Source: Lytechinus pictus (Eukaryota). From it: a DNA stretch of 60,000 nt. Below the pieces are notes generated by a model that saw nothing but the letters and a program-made list of their open reading frames with translations, was not told where the DNA came from and did not search any database. This document shows positions 1 through 13,678 of this stretch, piece after piece (within the stretch, counting starts at the first letter, position 1; every line of letters begins with the position of its first letter). The stretch is taken from assembly GCF_037042905.1 (NCBI RefSeq), contig NC_087245.1:27902001-27962000 (forward strand), written 5' to 3'. The position numbers and the translations under genes are program-made.

Positions 1-417
1 ACCCCTTTTTCTTTTTCGGTTTTAATGGATCGTCGTGTCGATAGGGTACAAGTTACTTGTAAATTATTCTGAGTTCACAATTTTTTTAAAGGATATGTTG
101 TATGTAATTATACACAGTTTTTGAATGTTCTGTTTGAAGTGCAACCATATGTTTTGTATACTTTGATTGTTTTTGTGACGAATAAAAACTGCAAAGATAA
201 AAAAAATAAGCAGCACCTCCTGAGAATGAGGTTGGTGTGCTAGAGATTTGACACAACTTTTTGTTGTAACTTTTTTCTGACCTAAATGAATTTCATTTAG
301 TTGGAATAAATCATTTTTAGTCCTTTTCTACCTCATGAACAAAATTCCCTTTCATTATTGGAGTGAAACTTTTTTGCCGCTTTTTAACAAATCAGCATCC
401 CATATCTCTTTTATTTT

Positions 418-1362
418 TTGCCTCTGCCATCTTTACATTTGCCATTTAATTTTAACTCCGCCATTATTATACTGTTAGAAAATTTCTACTTAAAAATATC
501 CCCAAAACTCCTGCGGCATGTATTTTTTTTACCTATGTCATTATTACCTTTGTCAATATTACCTCTGCCATTTTTACTTCTGCCACTTATACCTTTGCCA
601 TTTTATCTTTGCCATTTATACCTTTGCCATTTTTACCTCTGCCATTTTACCTTTGCCATTTTCACCTTTGCCATTTCACCTCTGCAATTTTTACCTTTGC
701 CATTATTACCTCTGCTATTATACCTCTCTTCTCTTATTATTACTTATGCCATTTTTACCTTTGCCATTTTGGCTTTGCCATTTTTACCTCTGCCATTTTT
801 ACATCTGCCATTTTACCTTTGCGATTTTTACCTCTGCCATTTTTACCTCTGCCATTATTACCTCTGTTATTTTTACTTATGCCATTATTACCTCTGCTAT
901 TTTTACTTATGCCATTTTTACCTCTGCCATTATTACATTTGCTATTTTTACCTCTGCCATCTTTACCTATGCCATTTTTACTTCTGCCACTTATACCTTT
1001 GCCATTTTATCTTTGCCATTTATACCTCTGCCATTTTTACCTCTGCCATTTTACCTTTGCCATTTTCACCTTTGCCATTTCACCTCTGCAATTTTTACCT
1101 TTGCCATTATTACCTCTGCTATTATACCTCTCTTCTCTTATTTTTACTTATGCCATTTTTACCTTTGCCATTTTGGCTTTGCCATTTTTACCTCTGCCAT
1201 TTTTACATCTGCCATTTTTACCTTTGCCATTATTACCTCTGCTATTTTTACCTCTGCCATCTTTACCTCTGCCATTTTTACCTTTGCCAATTTACCGTTG
1301 CAATTTTTACCTCTGCCATCTTTACCTCTGCCATCTTTACCTCTGCCATTTTTACCTCTGAC
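418..1362. repeat. Minisatellite with ~15-bp unit (CTCTGCCATTTTTAC and variants)
   Basis: Dozens of TGCCATT(T)nACC units; explains three overlapping low-complexity ORFs. Confidence 0.95.
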
Positions 1363-4300
1363 TTTGACTCTAACCCAATACCATAATTATAAATCTTTAC
1401 TCCATTACAACCGTAAAATGTGGTTTTGAAATTGTTACCATATGTGCATATTGCCGAAAATGTGCAGGCACATCACTTTTGGTAACAAAAAATCCTGCCA
1501 GGGGCCAGGCATAGGTGCACTTTCGGCACATTTTGGTAACATATTTGTTTTATCAATATGTGCAGTTACCAAAATGTACCGTAACATAGTGATGAGGAAC
1601 CAGATTAGCTCCTTTGCACAGCGCGGCGAACCGGGGGGGGGGGGGCAGCGGCGTAACAGGGGTCGGTGGCCAGGGGGAGGGGGGGCAAGAGCCTAAAATT
1701 TCCCGGTCATATCATGGTATGAACAGGCGTAATGGTGTAATGAGGCGACTATTTTGAGAAGGCCAGATATTGCGTATCGAGCAGAATTTATCTATAAAGA
1801 AAAAATGCGAGCGAGCGAAGCGAGCGAGCAAAAATGTTGACCTTTTTAATACAAAAATCCAATTTTGTGATAGATTTTGACATATCCAGAGAATAATATA
1901 TTTCACTCTTTTTCCTTTAGATTCCCTTTTTTGTGGTCTGTACGCCACTGTGAACAGGATTTTTTGCGGCAGTAGCGTGACGAGTAAAAAAAACAACAAC
2001 AAAAAACGAGGTGCTAAAAAGCTGCTTTATACAAGTCCCGAACAAGCGAGAAAAAAATCACCTTTTCATGAGAATCTAACTTTGAGCTATTTTTTGACAT
2101 TATATTCAGTAAATAAAATCATATCCTACACTTTTCCTTTGCTTTTCTTTCGTCTTTTTTTTTGGACTTGTCTGTAGAACTTTTTGGGGCCATGGCCCAA
2201 CCCTTCCATATGCGGTTGGGGTCCGGGGCGGAGCCATTTAAACCTCGCAGATTGCCGCTATTTCAATCAAATCGCGGGCTTATACAGAATATAGCTTTTA
2301 CACAACACATTTATTCAACCCAGTTGCGCAATGAACCAAATATTTTGAGGGGGCAAAACATAGCAATGTGGGAAAAAAATTAAAAAGTCGCCAGCGTGCA
2401 AAGCGAGCTGGAAAACAAAGTCTATTGAAATTAAATTTTAATTATGTGATAGATTTTTCCATTATATACAGCAAATAACACATTTCATTGTTTCCATTCA
2501 TTTCATTTTACGTTGTCTCCTATAATTTCTTTCATTTCCTCTTGGGTGTGGAACCAAGACCCCCCCCCCCTCCGCGCCTATATGCCAGTGATTTAACGTG
2601 ATTTAACGGGGGGCGTTATAGAGCCATTTGAAGGTTATAAATGAAGAGCCCCTACTGCGTGGGGTCTGGGGCAAAGCCGCGGTAGCTTATTTGCATAAAA
2701 TTTAGCAAGCTTATAGCACAATGTTGTATGCAGTCCATCTTTCTTCCCGCTCTTTAATTTCAATAATCGGCAGCCCGGTCGTGTTATTATTTTTTTCTTT
2801 TCCCTTTTCTTTGTTTTCCAATTCAGCTTTTGACTAATTACATTCTACCTTCGTTTCCCGCTATTGTTTGCCATTTTGTCATCTTTTCATTTATTTCCCA
2901 CCGTGATATTGAATTACATAGGCCTATTTCGGAATGATTTGTTCTTTCTCAAATGTTCTTCTTTCGTACATTTTCCCACTTTCCTTCCTTTTCCATAAAA
3001 AAAATATTTTTCTTCGTTTTCTTTTCACTTTTCCCTTTACCTTTCCCTTTCCTCCTCTCCTTTCCCCTTTCCTTCCCCTTTCCCTTTCTTTCTCCCTCCC
3101 TTTTGTTTTCTTTTTCCCGTTTTTCTTTTATTTTCCGGTGAAATCCTCCAGAGGGGCAATTTGCCTGCCCCCCGACTGTTACGCCACTGGGGGGGCGAGG
3201 GGCACAGTGTCCCCCCCCCCCCACTCTTTGAAACACTGAAAAAGTGCCCTTTTCACGCAAGAAAAATGCCCCCTCACGAACGTGTACTGTGCCCCTTTCA
3301 CCTGACGTGGACCGGTTTACCAAGTGCCCTTTCTCGTATAAGTCCCAATTATTTATTTTTTTTACAAGAAATGCCCCCTCTCGAACGTGTTCTGTGTCCC
3401 TTTCACCTGAGAAGGACCGGTTTTATGTGTGAAGAAGTGCCCTTTGCCTTCTTGTAAGTGCCCTTTCTCGAATCAGTGCCCTTTTTTACCCAAGGAAATT
3501 GTCCCTCATGAACTTAGTTTCTTCCTCTTTCACCCGAGAAGGACCCGTTTTATTCCGTTTGCAAGTGCCCCTTTGCCTTCTTATATGACTTGTGCCCTTT
3601 CTCATACTTTCAGAGAATTTTCTGAGAATACCCAATTTATTAACGAGTGTCCCCTTTGAAACAAGAAAACAATATTCTATTTTTTATATGTTACTTATGA
3701 ATGGAAAACTTGTAAGGAAACTCGTACGTGCCTTATTAAAGTTTTACAAGTCATGTGAGGGGGGGGGGTAGATAAACAGTGGCGTACATAATGCAGGGGG
3801 GTTGGGGAGGCTCTTGCCCCTCCCCAAATTTTTCACGACCAATAAAAAAGAGAAAAGGAAAGAGAGAAGGGTGAAATATGATATTATTTACTGAATGTTA
3901 GTCATGTTAGTTGTCAAAATCTATCACAAAATTGGAGTTTCGTCATAAAAATTTCAAAATTTTTGCTCGCCCGCTTCCCTCGCTCGCAACTTCTTATAAA
4001 TTTACGTGATACGACATATCTAGCCCCCTCAAAATTTTTGGCTCATTACACCATTGTAGGTAAGTAATTTTTTCTTTGTTTTAGGATAGTGCCTTTTTAG
4101 AAAAAAAATGTGTCCTTTTCCCCCTGTGCCCCCCCCCCCTTACTTCCAACTTCGCTTCGCCGTCCCTGCCTTTGCACTATATGCATTATTAAAATTCTCT
4201 AAAAAAAAAAAACAAGACCCAGTACATCGAGATCAAATCAATCATATGACTCCATTAAAAAAAGTGCTTATTAGCCATGAACAACAATACAATTTTTTAT

Positions 4301-4368
4301 CAAATCATACATTGAGAAGGAAGAAATTTTAGAGATCCCAGAATAATTATATATTCACTCTACAATAT

Positions 4369-4532
4369 CAGGGGCCCGTTTCATACAGAACCTGCAACTG
4401 TTTTAACTTTGCCATAATGGCAACTACCATGGTGACATGGCTCAGCGGACAATCATAATCAAAGTTTCCATGGTAGTTGCCATAATGACAAAGTTACAAC
4501 AGTTGCAAGCCCTTTATGGGAACGGGTCCCTG
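4369..4532. mobile_element. Palindromic MITE-like element
   Basis: CAGGGGCCCGTTTCAT...TGCAACTGTT / AACAGTTGCA...ATGGGAACGGGTCCCTG inverted arms. Confidence 0.75.
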
Positions 4533-6269
4533 AACAGGTTCGCCCGTCTCTGTGGTCCCGTGGCACCTGTGTTCGAAGCTGATTTGTCGGAGACATTTTT
4601 TCTACCTCACCTGGTTTTCAAAGGGAAGATAGCTTGAGACTTTAATTTAAACTACGCTTGCCATTATTCTCTTTCCCAACTTCTTTCACCTCATTTAAAA
4701 ACAAACAGAGTTGCCATATTTGCTGTACAAGTAATTTCTTACACTTTTCATGCAAATCACTCTACAACAAATAGAAAGGAAATATTTGTTGGGGGGTAGA
4801 AAGAAAACTGCTTAGAAAATGGAAATGTTCTTACCATTTGGTATATTTCCAGGACTTTAAATGGATAAAATTATTGTCTTTGAGGTTTCGAATCAGATGA
4901 GTTTCTCGAAACAATATGTGATTTACATTACCTTACCGACCTGCTCATCTTACATTCTTCCCTATTCCAAATGTTTAGACAACTGGACTCCATTTTGTAG
5001 ACAATGATCGATTTGTCCCATTTTCATTTTTTTTCTCAATTTCTTGTAAAAAAAAGAGAGTGAAACCCAGGACAAACGTTAAGTTAAATGATTGAAAGAG
5101 TGTGTTTATGCGCCACCTTTTTTTTAACCTTAGAATCATGATTTGAATCATGATTCAAATCATGATTCTGCAGAATCGCGATTAATAAAAATTATGAATT
5201 ATCGTAATTTCACCTTTGCATATGATTATCATTGGGTTCCCTATGTACATTATTCTCTTCGTTTTTCTTTCCTTCGGCCCATTTGCCTTTGTATATAATC
5301 TTATCCGTACTTTCCGTATTTTTTCTTTCGCTCTATTTTTAAATCTCATACTTTGCCTCAACTAGAAAAAATATTATTGTGGGATTAATATTTTGAATTT
5401 ACTGTTTGACTTAATACGATCATAAATTTTGTATCATGCACACCAATGCAATTAATTACTTTTCCGTATATCGTCGTGTTTCTTCCTCTCTCTCTTCTGC
5501 AATCCCTCCTTTCTTTCTATCCCTTTTCTTTTATTTACATCTTTCTCATTTTCCTCTATCTCACACATAATAATTTCCGTTTGCCTCCTCACAGATGGCA
5601 TATTTCTCCACGTCTCTCTTATTTACCAATTCTTTCTCTCTCTCCCCCTCCACCTTCTGTTTGTCTCTCCCCCCTTCTCCCTCTCTTTCTCTCGCTTTCA
5701 CTTTGCCATCATTCAGCCTATCAGTCCTTTATTGAACTGAATTATTTTTAACAATCGCGATCGAATGTCTACAAACTATAAAATAAATTTGTTTTGATTA
5801 ACTCCAGGTCATTCAGCTTTCGAGATGCCGAGTGTTTTTTGTTTGAATGAATACCTATTCCCTTATTTGCTTGAGACATTTCTTCTCTTTCTTCTTCTTT
5901 CTCTTCTCGCTATTATTTTATGTATTTTAGCAAGACGATTAAAACGATTAGGCATGGCCCTGGGAAGCGGGGGTACTGGGGGTGCTGATTTGAAGCACCC
6001 TCAGCATTTTACCAGGGGGTGCTGCGTTTATTATTCTCCATATAGGCAGCACCTCCAGGAATTCTGGTAGATGTGGTAAATGGGAAAATATAAAGAAAAG
6101 ACCCAGTATTTTGTTATGACACCCCTTTTTTCACTTGTCAAATTTCTTGGCACTATAACGACCTTCATTTTGTAGTGAAACTTTTTTTTTTACTGATCAA
6201 ATTTCTTGGCACCAAAACGACCTTCACTTTGTAGTGAAATCCCCCTTTTTTCTTGCTTTTCTTCGCGCG

Positions 6270-7106
6270 ATATTTCCAATACGCAAAAGAGAGCGCCGAA
6301 AAATTTCATGACTTTTTTTTTAAATCACGCGCAATTTTAAACCAAATTCGCGACATAGGAGTATAGCATCGCGACGCCACGTGACTTTTTTATGCCGAAA
6401 ATGGCTCATTTTTATACTTTGTGTACAAAGGAGATGAAATTCATAAACGGGTGATTATAGGTCTGCTTAATTAATGTAGGATTTAGTTTAGTTGCTAAAT
6501 GGTCTGTTATTCCCATTGAAAAAAAATAAAAGCAAAAGATGAAAAAACAAAGAATACAAAAGAAATTCTAAACACAGAGGAATACATAAGGATAAAAATG
6601 ACTTCGCATTTTTTTGTGGATACCTTTGTCATATTTCATATAATGAAATACAAAAGAAATAGTGAGTGCGTGATGTCATCTGTTCCCTCATTTGCATACC
6701 GACCGGGGTGTGAATATAACTGTTTAGTGAAATTAAGCGAAACTTAATAACTTTCATAACTTTTTATTTACGTCCAATTTTGATAAAATTTTCAGTGTTT
6801 TGCTTGTTGGATTTTTCTCTTTTTATTCAAATCGACTCTTTGTTGGAGTGGACTTGTCCATTAAATTAGATTACAAAGATGACATCTGGAAACAAAAGAA
6901 GTAAATTCGAAGTGACATTGGGTGTTATGAATAAAAAATAATTTTTCAAATTTTCTTTTTATACTGGCTTGTAGTTTAAGTGGTAATGTGCGTGCCAAAT
7001 TTCGGCGCGATCGCGCGAACGGCGGCCGAGTTCAGAAGGGGGACATCATGCCACCCCTCCCCCCGTCCTCAATGCATCTCAAATAGCCCAGTCCTTTTAG
7101 GGTTAA
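6270..7106. mobile_element. Degenerate non-autonomous DNA element ending AGGG-TTAA (piggyBac-like terminus) with a fragment of the 13679 element family inside (~6640-6864)
   Basis: Terminus CCCAGTCCTTTTAGGGTTAA; internal segment matches the right arm at 14060-14264. Confidence 0.5.
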
Positions 7107-7699
7107 TGTGTCTGAAATGTATAAGAGCGTAATGCAAAAGTGTAATAGCAATGTATTATCTCCATGTGTTTAATCTCACACTTCAGACCCTTAATATCTT
7201 GTCTGTGCCGAAACCCTGATGCACTCAATCTTCTGCATGCATATACAGAAAGGGGCTAACGGTTGATGGTTGGGTGGGATAGGGGTGGGGGTGTTGGACG
7301 GGGGGTTGAGGGGAAGGGTTGTGGCAGGAAGAACACAAGGGAAATGGTATGTCTAGCTTGGGGGAGAGAGGGGGTCCTTCAAAATGACATAAGCAAAACC
7401 GAAAGAAAGAGAGAAAAGACTGGTCTTCATCACCATCAGGAAATTAACCCCCTACAAACTGCAAAGCTTTAAGCGTGGTTTTGCGGGGGGCTTTTGCAGG
7501 GTGCTTGAGAATTTTCTACGTTGGTCATATTAATACAATGGAAATTATCTATATCTTGGGCAGCAAGGGGGATACTATACTGACCGTGAAGCTGGGAATT
7601 ATCTTCCCGTCTCCCTTGCCCCTGCAAAAAAGCACATTTTTTGTGTCAATATTATGCGACTGATCTTAGCTATCGAGCTCCATGGGTTTGTTGCAAAAT

Positions 7700-8555
7700 A
7701 GTGCAAATAGTGCAAACAAGATCTGCTGGACTTTTCCATTTACCTAGAACGAGGACATTATTAACAAACAAACTATTCATATCTTCTGGCATCAAACTTT
7801 GGAACTCACTTTCGCAAACTTTACGAAATAAGCCAACTATTTATAGCTTCAATAGAGCACTTAAAAAAATCTAACCAATAACTATAACACTCAAATCATT
7901 CATCCTACTCAGGATATCTCGTGGATCTTCTGTTCTTCCGGATTCTCTCCCCCCCCCCCCGCCTTTATTTCGCTTCTTTTCCCGTCTCTTTCCATTCGCT
8001 CTACCTGTGCAGATTTGTTTTTTGTTTGTTCTTTTGTTTGCTTTCTTCTCGTTTTTTGTCCTTTGTTTTGTTGTTGTTTTTTTATTTCAATTTGTCTGTT
8101 CTTGTACTATTTCGTATGTCTTGTTTTTGTATAACTTTTTGTCATGCCTTGTTCTTGTACCGTTCTGTCACGTCCTGTTTTTGTAACGTTTTGTGTTGTG
8201 TGTCCTTTTCCCTTTTTCTTCATATCTTGTAATATAATCCAGCCTTGTTTATCTTTTACTTGGGAGATTATGTTGAAAAATATATTTAACAAGGATTTAC
8301 ATTTAATTTCTACAAAAAGATATGATGATTTGTGTATTATATATATTTTGAACTTCAACAAGAAAGATATGATTTGTATATTATGTATATATATTTTGCA
8401 TTATTATGTCTTATTTATTGAAGGAAACCTTCAATAACAAGCTTTGCTTTTCAGAAGGTTTCTATTTCATTTCATAACGTTATATTATATTTGGCTTTAC
8501 TTTGTAACTTTGTTGAAATTTTGGAATGAAATGAATTCGTTATCAATCAATCAAT
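7700..8555 (+). mobile_element. 3' fragment of a CR1/L2-group LINE (ORF2 C-terminus, 3'UTR, (TCAA)n tail)
   Basis: TRSAGLFHLPRTRT...SGIKLWNSL...FNRALKK resembles the CR1/L2 ORF2 end; hairpin at ~8420-8460; ATCAATCAATCAAT tail. Confidence 0.72.
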
Positions 8556-10190
8556 TAATGTCATCGGCAAATGCTTGGACTCCAACATACATGTTGCCGG
8601 TCTTCCAGCCAAGATGATGCTCCCTAAGACTTTCGATGTACGCCATATAGGGAAAGCATGGGCGGAAATCCCAGGGGGGACAGGGGGACGTGTCCCCCCT
8701 ACTCAAAATAGTAGGGGGGGACACAATATCAAATGCCCCCCCTACTATTTGTGGTCTTTTATGATGGTAAGAAAGTACATCATTCAAAATCGAAATAAAA
8801 CATGTATTTTAGGACGAGATGACCTTACTTTGGGGTGATAACTTTTTTTTTTTTTTTTTTTTGCTTGTCAAATTTTCCAACCCCTTGTCCGCCCTACCTT
8901 TTGGGAGAGATTTCCGCCCCTGAGGGAAAGTACTCCTCATCGCTTAACTCCTCGAAGAATGGGGAAGGATCGAGGAACCTACTTCATGCTCCCAGAGCAC
9001 CTTGCTTGAGCAGGTTTTTTAGAACTCTGGTCTGTAACAGCACTGGGAATGGACGAGTCGCTGCTATCTTGGACAGGAGACTACCTTTCCAAACCCTGAC
9101 AAATGCTTTCTGGGCATCCAGCAGAGCTATATATGTAAAAAGGTTGGTTGGTTGACTTGTACACTTCGATGGCGAGGTGTAGTCCTTTGCCTGTAAGAGT
9201 GCAGGATATTCCGGCCTGTTGGAATCCGAATCGCAGAGCTATAGGGTCTGGAATTTGGCGATCTTGCAGGTATTGAACAAGTTTCGACTTGACCAGTAAC
9301 TTTAACATCTTCATTAAGGCAGGAGTCAGAGTGATGCCTCTATAATTTCCTGGGTCTGTTGGATCCTTATGTTCTCACCTTTGAAAAGAGGAATGATGGG
9401 ACCATCTTTGAGACTGGGAGCAATGTACTTTAGATGTACCAGCCAGATCTTCACGATAAGGATGAGAATGCTCGTAGTATTGCATGTGTATTTTTATGTG
9501 TTCTGGAGAGATATTGTCTGGACCACTAGTTAGCTTTGCCAGGCTTTAAAGAAGAAATGGCTGAAGAGAGATTCTTCGAGGTAAAGATAATTATGTTCAA
9601 GACCTTGTGGATGCTGATGCTATGGGAGAACAGGTTCTCAGGATGAGCTGGAGTACGCAGATCCATAATCATGGGTGTGGCGAAATCGTCCTCGAAGTGT
9701 TTAGTTTAGTCCAATCCTGGATGATGTCAGGCCCAGAATAGAAGAGAGCTCCATAATTGAGAATAAGTGCACTCTAGTGCTAGGATCTCGTTCTTTCACT
9801 TGTGAATAAAACAACTGACCGTTCTGCTCATGGGCTTCCTCAGTTCTTAGGAGACCATTCCTGCAGGCAACTCTTGCCTTCCTAAGTTTGGCTCATCAGA
9901 CTTTCTTCAGATTAGCAGATAACTCACCGGTTGGACTGTTCTTGTCTTCTCCAGAACTTTTTCCAGACATTGATATGCCCCTGATAACACCCCTCCACAT
10001 TGGGATAGCAATCAGACTTCTCTTTACCTCTACCATTTCCTTTGGTGTGGGGAATGCTCATATAGGTTTGACTGTAGAATGGCCGTGACTTAGTCAAGGA
10101 AATTATCATTTTGAGGCATAACTTCAGAAAGGGAAGTAAGAATTCCCACAGAAGCTAAATCAAGAGGTTCGGTATACAGTTCCTTGATCA
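8556..10190 (-). pseudogene. Decayed non-LTR retrotransposon reverse transcriptase
   Basis: Minus-strand motifs DPGNYRGITL, FGFQ..GISCT, LDAQKAFVRVW and YVGVQAFADD, with frameshifts and stops. Confidence 0.85.
8657..8922. mobile_element. hAT-type MITE inserted into the RT relic
   Basis: TIR CATGGGCGGAAATC / GATTTCCGCCCCTG; exact 8-bp TSD AGGGAAAG. Confidence 0.88.
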
Positions 10191-10199
10191 TGATATATC

Positions 10200-10423
10200 C
10201 CTGGCACCCCTTGGGGTGCTGCGTGTATCATTCTCCATAGGCAGCACCCCCAGGAATTCTGGTAGGTGTTAACGTAAGCCAAAATAACCTTCATTTTATT
10301 GTGAACCCCTCTTCTTTTTTTTGTCAAATTGTTCGGGACTGAAATGACCAGAATTTTTTAGTAAAAAACTTTTTTTTTGCTTGTCTCAGCCCCCCCTAGT
10401 AAAGAATCGTTCCAAGGGCCCTG
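10200..10423. mobile_element. hAT-like MITE remnant; related copy at ~5952-6260
   Basis: 8-bp direct repeat GATATATC on both sides; shares GGGGTGCTGCG...GGCAGCACCyCCAGGAATTCTGGTAG with 6015-6070. Confidence 0.65.
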
Positions 10424-10479
10424 GATATATCAACTGCAAAAAAAAAAACAAGTTAAAAGAAAATTATCCGATGGTAGCT

Positions 10480-10650
10480 ATAATAATGAATGTTTTTCAT
10501 TCGTGAAATTGGCAGAATATTTCATTTGATGAAAGATTAAATTAATGATCCGTTCAATATGGCTACGCGTCTTTGAATGGATCATTTCCTCTTTTACCCG
10601 TCATAAAGTATTCTGGTCATTGCACTCATGAACATCCATTATTTGTAATA
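10480..10650. repeat. ~165-bp palindromic dispersed repeat; second copy at ~43945-44110
   Basis: AATGAATGTT...GATCCrTTC...GAATGGATC...AACATyCATT in both copies. Confidence 0.75.
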
Positions 10651-12054
10651 ACGTTCATGCTCCAAAAAATAAATCTATCGAATTTATATTACATGATTAT
10701 ATTTGGGAGCTATACTCGCATATGACGTCACATATCAAAAACTCCCTCACCCACCCTTCCCCCTCATCAAAAGTACATCCACCTCACCCCACCACCACTC
10801 CCCCCCCCCCTTTATCAATGTTTATGAGATCTGCAATCAGATTAAGGTTTCAGCACATTATAAATATCTGCTGAGAAGGGTTTGAATTTAGAGACTCTAA
10901 CCATGGACCTATTGCTTAAACACACGAAATGGTTCTGAAAACATTTCCAAGCAGTTTGCATGAGTGTTTTTTTTGCTCGGTCGCTACGATCACTAATTCA
11001 AATCTATGTTAAAAACTCACCTTTTTGTTAAATAGATCGTCCTTAGCATATGCAGCTTCAACTGTCTACTTTCAACTGTCAACATGTATAATTCATTTTA
11101 GCTTAAATTTCTTGTCTTTCTATTTATTTTCCTTAAGCGCTTAGAGACATTCTTTGTGATCATAAGCGCTATATAAATGATGTTAATTATTATTATATCA
11201 CATACTAAAAATATTTAAACAAAAACGAGTAGGTTTTTAGCAGGGGGCAGGGGAGACGGGAATATAACACAGATAAAAATTCCCAGCTGCATGGTCAGTA
11301 TAGTACCTTCCTTGCTGCCCAAGATATAGGTAACTTCCATTGTATTGATATGACCAACGTAGAAAATTCTCAAGCCCCCGACAGAAGCCCACCGCCCTCC
11401 CCACAAAAAAGTTCTAGTCTAGAACCACGCTTATGGCTTTGCATTTTCTATTTGGTTAATTATTTCCTAATGGTGGCGATCTTTTTCTCTCGGGGGGGGG
11501 GGGGGGTTGCTTTGAAATTTTTAAGGACCCCCTCCCCAAGCTAGATATACCATACCCCTTGTGTTCTTCCTCCCCCGACCCTTCCACCGTACCTGAACCA
11601 CCCCTCTTCCACCCCACCCCCACTCAACCACCAACCATTAGCCCCTTTCTGACCTGCATACAAAAGTTTGGCGCATCAGGGTTTCAACACAAACAAAATA
11701 TAAGGGTCTGAAGTGTGAGATTATACACGGAGATACTTTGCTATTTGATTTATGCATTGCGCTAGTATAAAGGCCAGACCCTTTAAGATGTTTAGATTCT
11801 TTTGTTGCGTCTGGCGGCTACTCCCCACCACCCAAAATGTCTGGCATTATTTTTTTCGATGACACTAATAAGCAAGACAATATCCCATCGATTTCATGAG
11901 GTTTCTTTTGGGGTTTCTTTTTCAGCTATTATAGGCTAGTCTAATTTTGGGGTCATTTTCAAGCCCCTCCTGACCACACCCGCCAATAAGGACCAGCCAG
12001 ATGCACATTTCCTTACCAAGGGGAATCCATCATTATATTGCTGAACATTGTCCA

Positions 12055-12236
12055 CAGGGGCCGCGGAAGCGGGGGGGCTGGGGGGGCTTCAGCCCCCCCC
12101 CCCACTTTTTTTCCAAAACCGTGTACAAAAACAAAAAAATGACCATACGAATGTGAATTTGTACATGGTCAGCCCCCCCCCCACTTTTGGCTCAGCCCCC
12201 CCCCCCCCCACTTTGAAAACCGTTCTGCGGCCCCTG
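12055..12236. mobile_element. MITE with CAGGGGCCGC...GCGGCCCCTG termini
   Basis: Terminal inverted repeats; imperfect 8-bp flanks ATTGTCCA / ATTGATGA. Confidence 0.72.
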
Positions 12237-12300
12237 ATTGATGAAGAAAGATGAAAATTTGTAATCTTTTAATTTTAGCGAGGCAGATGCCGCGCTGTCT

Positions 12301-12476
12301 CCTGGTGGGTGTTTCATAAAGCTGTTCGTAAAGTTACGCACAACTTTACATACGACAGGAACGTTCTTATAGATCATATCAATTATACGGGATATCATTT
12401 AGCACAAGAAAGGATCACCAGTCGTGCGTAAAGTCATTTGTATCTTTTACGAACAGCTTTATGACACACACACTGG
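12301..12476. mobile_element. Palindromic MITE; same family at ~39762-39951, related element at ~14640-14800
   Basis: GTTTCATAAAGCTGTTCGTA...TACGAACAGCTTTATGA inverted arms shared by the copies. Confidence 0.8.
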
Positions 12477-13678
12477 TCCAGACTAAGTCACTAATATAAC
12501 CATGCTAAGGTCATGGAAAATGTGTGGTATGATGGACATGGAATGAAGCCTTCAAACATAATTAACTTAGATTTATTTCTTACTACACTAGTGTCCCAAT
12601 TGTTTTACGATTGGGGTGAGCTGTGAGTAATTATTATCACCATCATCATCGCCATCATCTTTATCATTACCATTGTCATCATCATTACCACCATCATCAT
12701 GATATCATCACGTAAACAAAACCTCGAAATTCGTTTTCAAGAAAAATAATTTTATTGGATATTTGGGCAGTTTTATCAATTATAAAGAGAGAACAAATGT
12801 TACTAGATCAGTGTCATTTTTATTCAATTTTCCAAACCCGTACAAACTACGCAGCACCAGATTTCACGAAATGCGGACTTATCCAGTTCAATATATTTAA
12901 GTTGATCGAAAAGAGAAGCGGAAGAGTAACATCGAAAACCCCGGGGTTTTTTTCTCAAACAATCTGCTAATGATTGATGGCTATTCTTCTCCTGAAAGTT
13001 GTGAATGTTTGGTAGTGGATCATTTTTGTTTGGAATTATTTTTTAGTACACTTTTATAATATGATTCATGTCCAAAAAGTAATCAAGATATTATGTCTAT
13101 TATGTTTTGAAAAAAATGGTTTTAAATCAAATGAGTCAATCATAAATAATGATAACACAATCCAATCAAAGTGATTTTCGACATAGAAATGGAAAACAAA
13201 GACAGTCGCTCCGAAGGTGATAAGTCCACATACCTTTAGACAGCATTAAAGTAGACAATACAAGCATATGACCGCAAATCTCGATTCAGTCAACCAGAAA
13301 ATAACTTCATCAACAAAGTATAACTACTTTTCGTAGATACTATGGTACTAGCTAGCACCTTGATGACTGATCATATTGAATTGAAAATATTAACTTCCGG
13401 ATTGAAAAACGTATTTGCTTCTTCATGGACATGATGAAACAGGGGATGCCCCTCAAAAGTCGATGTTCCTACCCCTTTTATTACTCACCCGCTCTATTTC
13501 TTTATCTGAATATTATAAGCAAAACTTTCAAATGACATTGCTTTCTTCCGGTTGACATCTGACGATGATTAGGAATTCCAACAATACGCTTGTACTTTTT
13601 TCACTATATTATATGAATATATATATATATATATTTTCATACTTTTTTTTTTTTTGGGGGGGGGGGTGGACTTTGCCT

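Larger units (their letters stand above)
7103..11786. mobile_element. TTAA-flanked element with ~530-bp diverged inverted arms (7103-7635 / 11225-11786) enclosing LINE and MITE insertions
   Basis: For example AATCTCACACTTCAGACCCTTA vs TAAGGGTCTGAAGTGTGAGATT, and GCTTGAGAATTTTCTACGTTGGTCATAT vs its reverse complement at ~11350. Confidence 0.7.

Noticed and set aside
418..1429. Three long ORFs (250-322 aa)
   Set aside because: Artefacts of a stop-free 15-bp minisatellite
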